This document shows, piece after piece, positions 56,338-64,000 of a stretch of 64,000 nucleotides of DNA (positions within the stretch are counted from its first letter, which is position 1; every line of letters begins with the position of its first letter). The DNA lies in NCBI GenBank assembly GCA_951406725.2, contig OX597815.1, positions 19,778,001 to 19,842,000 of the forward strand, in the 5' to 3' direction. The notes beneath the pieces were generated by a model that saw nothing but the letters and a program-made list of their open reading frames with translations, had not been told where the DNA came from and did no database searches. Source of the DNA: Octopus vulgaris (Eukaryota). Made by a program: the position numbers and the translations under genes.

Positions 56338-56952
56338 TGAAGTAGGTAATTTTAAAGCTGCAGCGGAAACCATTTATTCTTCCGCGAATCTGATTTACGT
56401 CTAATTATGTTTGTTTTCTCTCTAGAAATGATGATAAGATAGATTATTAAGACTAAATAGCAAACTTAATCGATAAATTGTTTGAATACTAGAAATCCGA
56501 AAGATGAATTGTCTGACGTCAATTTTATAGTAAATATCCATGGCTAATTTTCGGAACATCCATAATTATCAGAAGGTTTCGTCTTCTGCTTCTCACCGTA
56601 CGATGGGTTATCTCTGATATTTCACGTTTTAACAGTTGTAGAGCAATCCATACTTGGATTTCAAATTATGTATATATATATATATATGTGTGTGGAGGGG
56701 GGGTCTGTGTGTGTATGAACGTTAAAGGGCTAAGGGATGTCTATGTTGTACTATTATCCCTCAGCTATTGTAAGCTCTGTTCTGATCGATAACTTAGTTA
56801 TTTGATTTCTAACCTGACGTCACTATGTTGTTCGCCATTACTCGTGCTCTGCATTTACATTTTATCGAATTTTTCAGCCATTTTGGATATCTGCATTCCA
56901 GATTGTCCGAAGCATTTCGATGCAAATTATAATAAAAATGATACAATTAAAC

Positions 56953-56987
<35 letters not shown>

Positions 56988-57085
56988 ACATGCATATATG
57001 TAAATATATATGTATATATATATACACACACACACATGTATATATATATGTGTGTTTGTATTTATACATACACATGTATACACAC

Positions 57086-57122
<37 letters not shown>

Positions 57123-57546
57123 CAAGATTTCTGTAAGAAATTACTCTATTAATCCAGTGTGCGTGCGCGTGGGCATATGTGTGTTGTTTGCGTGCGCGCG
57201 TGAGAATGTATGTGCTTGCGCGCGTACGTAATTTGAGTGAAGAGATTTGGTACGTTGAACAACAGCGAGCACAAAGGTCGAGTTATAATGCTGACCCAGC
57301 TGCCTTATATCAGCCCACTCAATTTTCCTATACCACTACACAAATATTTTTCGCTTCTGCTAATGTTTTGTCGTTTCTTGAATAATGTATTAGCAGAATC
57401 ACTAGAGCAACGGACAAAATACTATGTAGTATTTAGTTACGTACCATTAAGTCCTGCGATCAAACCTCGTTGAAGACAGCTCTACCTTTCATCCTTCTCG
57501 ATATTGTACTAGTAAAGTACTGTGCTGGTTTAAACACTAATATAAT

Positions 57547-58145
57547 ACCTATTTCTTTGCTACCCACAAGGGGCTAAACACAGAGGGGACAAACAAGGAC
57601 AGACATAGGTATTAAGTCGATTACATCGACCCCAGTGCGTAACTGGTACTTATTTAATCGACCCCAAAAGGATGAAAGGCAAAGACGACCTCGGCGGAAT
57701 TTGAACTCAGAACGTAAAGACAGACGAAATACTTATTTCTTTACTACCCACAAGGGGCTAAACACAGAGGGGACAAACAAGGACAGACATAGGTATTAAG
57801 TCGATTACATCGACCCCAGTGCGTAACTGGTACTTATTTAATCGACCCCAAAAGGATGAAAGGCAAAGACGACCTCGGCGGAATTTGAACTCAGAACGTA
57901 AAGACAGACGAAATACTTATTTCTTTACTACCCACAAGGGGCTAAACACAGAGAGGACAAACAAGGACAGACAAACGGATTAAGTCGATTATATCGACCC
58001 CAGTGCGTAACTGGTACTTATTTAATCAACCCCGAAAGGATGAAAGGCAAAGTTGACTTCCGCGGAATTTGAACTCAGAACCTAACGACAGAGGAAATAC
58101 GGCTAAGCATTTCGCCCGGCGTGCTAACGTTTCTGCCAGCTCGGC
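57547..58145 (-). mobile_element. SINE family A head plus 3 tandem 184-bp units
   Basis: cccacaagggg at 57563, 57747 and 57931; head near 58100-58145. Confidence 0.93.
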
Positions 58146-58537
58146 AGACGAAATACTACTAAGCACACCTTCTCCGAAAAATACGACCGTTTACATATAG
58201 CACAAATCATTACTTTTATACTGAGACTTCTTTAAATTCTCAATTAAAATCCTGTTATGTTCTACTTTACTTTTTGTTGCTGTAGGACAGATAAAATAGC
58301 ATATCAACAATATACGAGATTAATTTAATTCTTTGCTTGTCCAAAGCATTTTCATAAATTTGTAACTCAGGCTCGTTCTCAGACATTTAGCAAATCCTGG
58401 TTTCGTATGTTCTGAGCAGTCAGGAAAAACATGTCCCGTGTATCACATGTGATACACAGAACATTCACAGGGTTAATCCACTAACCCTGTTTCCCTAAAA
58501 CATGGAGGCCTTGATCCTTTGGGAGAAATTATTATTA

Positions 58538-58592
<55 letters not shown>

Positions 58593-58617
58593 CATCATTA
58601 TCATTATCGTCATCATA

Positions 58618-58830
58618 AGGCGGCGAGCTGGCGGAATCGTTAGCGCGCTGGACGAAATGCTTAGTGGTATTTCGCCCGTCGCTACGTTCTGAGTTCAAAT
58701 TCCGCCGAGGTCGACTTTGACTTTCATCTCTTTGGGGGTCGATAAATTAAGTACCGGTTATACACTTGGGTCAACGTAATTGACTTGTCCCCTCCCCCAA
58801 ATTTCAAGCCTTGTGCCTATAGTAGAAAGG

Positions 58831-58835
<5 letters not shown>
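58618..58835 (+). mobile_element. SINE family A monomer with (ATT)n tail
   Basis: aggcggcgagctggcggaatcgttagc...tagtagaaaggattattatt. Confidence 0.92.
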
Positions 58836-58866
<31 letters not shown>

Positions 58867-60299
58867 CACTGTGTACTAACATCTTTACCTTTCATTCTCC
58901 TCGAATTCGATTAAGTAAATTGTTAGCCGTGTATTTAACAGATATAATTGAATATATCGTTCTCTGTGCGGGCTTCTGCGTATTGTAGTAAAATAGCATT
59001 TAATATTCCCCTATATATCTTGTCATTCTCGGCACTACCATATCTCTCTCTCTCTCTCCCTCTCTCTCTCCCTCTCTATCTATCTATCTCTCTTATAATA
59101 TTCCCAATCAATGAATATCCAGTTGCTTCAGCACTAACCATAGGTTTATCGATATAAATACCAAAAGTATTATAATATCTCAGTCATTAAAATATATCTT
59201 TAGATCAATTAATTATTCCTATCAACTTTTCCCTTTTCCTTTTCTTTAATCGGTTTCTTTTTTCTTCTGCAAAATCCAAGTCCATCTTTCATTTTACTTT
59301 GAGGCATCGCCTTATGTATGCATGTGTATATATATACATATATTATATCTTCATATGTTATATAAATGTATGTATATTATACATATCAACCATATTTTAT
59401 ATACTTGATATTATATTATATTATATTATATTATATGCACACAATCATACAAGTGTGCGTGTATGTGTGTGTGCGTGTGTTAAACTTTGGTATGATTCTG
59501 CCAATATTGGCCTGGACTAATTCTAACTTATTAGCACCACCTGACAGAATATGTTTAGTCATTGTAAGTCAAGTTTTGTAGTAACATAGCATATTCATGT
59601 AGAGAGTACCTGTTGACTGAGACCTGTCCAATATAGGTGACCTGAAGAAATTTGTCCAGATATTGTTTCGAGGTTATGCAGCCTCTTTCATTTTTCATCC
59701 GCTTTCGCATGATATTAAATGGAGCAGGGCCCGATGAGGAAAAGTCATTTTGTTACGATATTGTTACGTGTTGTGAGTCTGAATTGCGTAGGGGGTGCAT
59801 TGCACGGGGTACCAGCCTTGCATAAATTGTGAACTAGATCTTAATACTGGTGGTATATTCTACATACTGAGCAAATGATGAGGCGCTCTTAAGCATATAT
59901 ATAACATAGAATGTATATATTTATACGTATTTTAGTTCACTACATATGGATCTGCTCTCAATGCCTTATTTGGTTATTAGTTTTTGTTTGTTTTGTTTTT
60001 TTCTGCTGTTTTGTTTTTGCTTTTGGGCGGGGTGTGGCGAGTTAAAAATGGAAAAGACTATAAAAATTATGGGATAGTAAGGTACTAAATTACAAGAAAA
60101 ACATTGTTGCAATTATATACATCCCTTGTGATTCCAAGTTCAAATTCTGTTTGATTCCGTTTTGTTCTTTTATGTCTATAGTTCTGCTAACTACCAACTT
60201 AACTAATTTTTCGCAAATTATTTTAGATGTTTATATAGTGATGAAGAGATATAGGCACTGGACATCTACTTGTGGTCTTGTGCCAGAACTAGAAACCAA

Positions 60300-60485
60300 T
60301 ATTGGCTTTAAATTTTGGCAAAGGCTAGCTATGTAGGGGGAAGGGCTAAGTCGATAACTTTATCAATCACGAAAGGATGAAAGGGAAGGTCGACCCCGGC
60401 GTAATTTGAACTCAGAATGTTTAGACGGGACGAAATTTTGCCAAGCATTTTGCCTGGAGTGCTAACGTTTCTGCCAGCTCGCCGT
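60300..60485 (-). mobile_element. SINE family A
   Basis: gaaaggatgaaagggaaggtcgac...gctaacgtttctgccagctcgcc. Confidence 0.82.
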
Positions 60486-60804
60486 CTCTGCTAGAAAATA
60501 TCAGCAAGATGAAATACATTGCAATAACAGAAACAAATAACCTATACTGTACCAGATATTCTAGTTACGTCCCTTAGCGTACAGGAATAAAATCTTATCT
60601 ATGTTGTCTTTGCCTTTCATAAACACAAGTCAATTCCTGTCTAAATGGGATGATAACTGAGAAAATGGGATGATTACAACCGGAATACCTTTAATCATAG
60701 GTCTGCTTGATAAGGGCCACTCTGGGACTCAAAAACAACATTGCGAATCAATATTTTAACAGTGAGATAATTGCTGGAAATGACTAACTGCTGAAGCTGT
60801 TAGG

Positions 60805-60965
60805 TTATCAGAAATGGTAGGTCGTCGGACGAAATCCTTCACGACATTTAGTTCCACAGTTATAAATCCTGGATTTAAATTCTACCGAGGCCAGTCAATG
60901 TTGCTTTTGTTAGGGGATTGATAAAATAAAATTTTGGTCAAGTATTAACGACGTTCTAATCGACG
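60805..60965 (+). mobile_element. highly degenerate SINE family A
   Basis: cagaaatggtag...ggacgaaat...ttaaattctaccgagg...gataaaataaa. Confidence 0.5.
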
Positions 60966-61615
60966 GATACTTTTTAAAGCATGTATCTGCAACTGAGAAT
61001 ATGATTAGTACTTGTTTGCATTTTAAAAGTAGATGGGGGTGAGAACCCCGCAGTCCTTTTTGTGAAAGGCACTAACCTTTGCTTTTATTATCTTTGAAAA
61101 TACACATCCTTCGACTCAAGACGACAGAACAAGAAAGGGAGGATTAATTGCTTTACATCATTTTCAAAGTTGTATTCGAATTTGGCTCCCAGTCATTTGG
61201 TATCAGTAATATTCTGGGACTGATAATTTCAATTGTCTATATCTTAAATTGGCAATGAGCCCAAAATCAAATAAAATTAATATGTTATATTTGCAGTTAT
61301 TTGAATATTTAAGTGCGATAACATCAAACACTGTACTTTTCATCGTGTTGTTATCATAAACATTGATCATGTAATTTAGCGTAGTATACAATATCGGATG
61401 TGTGAACTATAAGATATGTGGATCCCCCTCTCCTCCCCCCCTCTCTCTCTCTCTCTTCTCTCCTACTGTGTGAATATATGTGTGTGTGTGTGAGTGCGTG
61501 TATGTGTTAGTTCAGAAACCAGAAATAGTTGAGAGTGCAGGACAATCTAATAGAAAAACAGAGAAGTGTAGTCGAAGAGAAAGAATTACACTGAAACATA
61601 TGCTGCCAGGGGGGG

Positions 61616-61646
<31 letters not shown>

Positions 61647-61839
61647 GAATATTTCGAAAGAGAAGCTGGGGAAGAACAGAACGCGAAATATAGATACATT
61701 AATTGGGCGCCACACTGTATCACGTGACCAAAGAATTGTCGACATATACACGTGACCAACGACTACAGAAGGAAACAATGGTATTATATTTGTCCATTAC
61801 TAATATCATTATTCCTCATCTCTCTCCCTCCCCTCACTC

Positions 61840-61892
<53 letters not shown>

Positions 61893-62421
61893 TTGTAAGT
61901 GTGTAAGTGTGTACGTATGTATATTATAAATATATATATCGTTATGTTTCGGCATGGTCACATATATGAACGTACATATATATATATATATATATATTCT
62001 TTATTAATAAGCAGTAAAAATATCACAAAAGCTGTTAGTCAGAGTTTCACGTTCTACGCCACTGAAACCGGGAGACCGGCCCTTATGAGCCTTCATGGCT
62101 CGAGAAGGAACATTTATATCACACACACAGTGTTGGCCAAAGTCTATGGATATATTATGAAAAACATTGTAGCACTAAAACAAAAAATTGTTAATGTACC
62201 AGTAATTTATAAATTTTGATTACTTTTACCTGAAAGTTTTAGTCGAGGTCATGAGTTCAACCCTACTGCCAGCATTTCATAATGTGTCCGAATGTTTTGA
62301 TTTTGATTCATTCATGAGTAGTGCGTTGATAGTATTATGTGTATGTTTCCTTTCGTTATTGCCATATTTACAGAGTAATGGTAATAGGATTGGTGGGGTG
62401 AGCTCTTTTTTGGGTCCACAC

Positions 62422-62823
62422 ATTTCAGTCATTAGAATGCGGCCATTCTGAGACACTGCTTTGAAGGGTTTTTGTCGAACACGTCGACGCCAGAACTTAT
62501 ATTTAAGTGCTAATCTAGCGATGTCTTTTGTTGTAGCCGCTAAGTTACGGGGACGTAAACAAACCAATACCGGCAACCAAGCGATACGAAGGCAAAAAAG
62601 ACACCCACACACACACAAACACATACATTTATATACATATATATACACGATGGGCTTCCACTCAGTTTTCTGTCTACTGTCTACTGCATTCAGTTACAAG
62701 GTATTGGTCGACCCCGAAGCTGTTGTATGAAACATCTTCCCAAAGTGCCATGCAATGGAACTAAATCCGAAACCACCCGGTTGCAAAGCGAGCCTCTTGA
62801 TCACACTACCAAACCTACACCTA
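62422..62823 (-). mobile_element. SINE family B, diverged
   Basis: ccgctaagttacggggacgtaaac, internal (CA)(TA), ...gtattggtcgacccc. Confidence 0.8.
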
Positions 62824-63270
62824 TGTACACAGTCCTGTCTGTGCCCAACATTGCGAAGATCCCTTCAATAGAAGTTCCTTCATGAAGCCTATTCCGAGAA
62901 TAAAAACTGATAAATTGACCTCAGATGCTCTACCGACTCTTCCATTTCGACGTCTTTTATTTTCTCTTTAAATAAGTGTAGTGATAGGTGTCTTTCAAAG
63001 ATGTGGGAGGAAACTCGAATTGGCGAGAGACTGCTTAATCTTTGGTTGCGTAAGATGGCGATGAGGGGAAAGAGTATTAGCATCAGATATTTTTAAGAGA
63101 GTACATACCATAGACTGGCGTCGCACCCGCGTGATTAGCGACTCGAATACGAGGTTTTATTAATACAATTCTGTTCAAATGTTCTGCTACCTAGTTGTGT
63201 ATATATGTGTGTGTATATGTATATATACATGTCGTTTGTGTAAGAGTGTGAACTGTGTGTGTGTGTATGT

Positions 63271-63354
<84 letters not shown>

Positions 63355-63564
63355 TTCTTCTGCATATCTATGTCTCTTTTTTGCTTTTTTTTTGGCATTT
63401 CTACTTTGTGTGAGTGTGTTTGCCTTACACTGCTGTGAGTGCTCAATGTTTCAGTGTCCTTGGGTGCATGCGCACTCGATTCATTCAACACTTCACTCTC
63501 TTATTATCATTAGTGATAGTTATTGTAGTGATTTTGTTTCTCCGTATCATTATTACTAGTTATT

Positions 63565-63712
63565 ACGGGAGTTCAAATTCCGCTGAGGTCGACTTTGCAA
63601 TTTCACCCTTTCGGGGTCAATAAAATAAGTCTCTATTGAGTACTGGGTTCGACGTGATCGACAATGCCCCTCTTCAAAATTTCAAACCTTGTGCTTATAG
63701 TAGAAACGACTA
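63565..63712 (+). mobile_element. SINE family A, 5'-truncated
   Basis: gagttcaaattccgctgaggtcgactttgc...ccttgtgcttatagtagaaa. Confidence 0.82.
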
Positions 63713-64000
63713 TTACTAGTTATTATAACCGACTTTTAACTCTTCCTTTATTGTTAGTGTTAATTTTTCTCTTTTAAATCATCCACTCTTTCATTGCTGG
63801 TTTTGTCTTTGGGACCTTTGGGACCGATAAAAGAAACTGTTAACCTTGTACCAAAATAGAAAAGAATTATCATAGAGTAGTCGAAAAAGTGATCTGAAGA
63901 TATATATATATATATATATATATGTGATTAACAGCTATATTTCACTACATTCTGAGTTCAAATTTCTCAATGGCTAACTTTGTCTTTGATGTCCACCTCT

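Overview
AT-rich animal genomic DNA, dense in microsatellites. The SINE families and repeat content look like an Octopus/coleoid cephalopod genome (inference from recalled repeat types, not a database match). Almost all listed ORFs are microsatellite artefacts. The window holds many tRNA-derived SINEs (at least 4-5 families), including head-plus-tandem ~184-bp arrays. It also has a decayed mariner transposase, two MITEs with clear TIRs/TSDs (one carrying internal TTAGGG repeats), L1/Tx1-like and Dong/R4-like LINE remnants, and several short Penelope-like fragments with minimal-hammerhead-like motifs. A few short spliceable + strand segments (6651-6698, 34992-35122, 54222-54338) suggest the window is mostly intron of an unidentified gene. 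The most notable unexplained signals are a ~125-nt hairpin at 21164-21288 whose wobble pairs are G.U only on the + strand, a pre-miRNA-like hairpin at 3036-3094 whose 3p arm resembles vertebrate miR-132, and hammerhead-like variants with altered cores. Repeat boundaries are read by eye and approximate.
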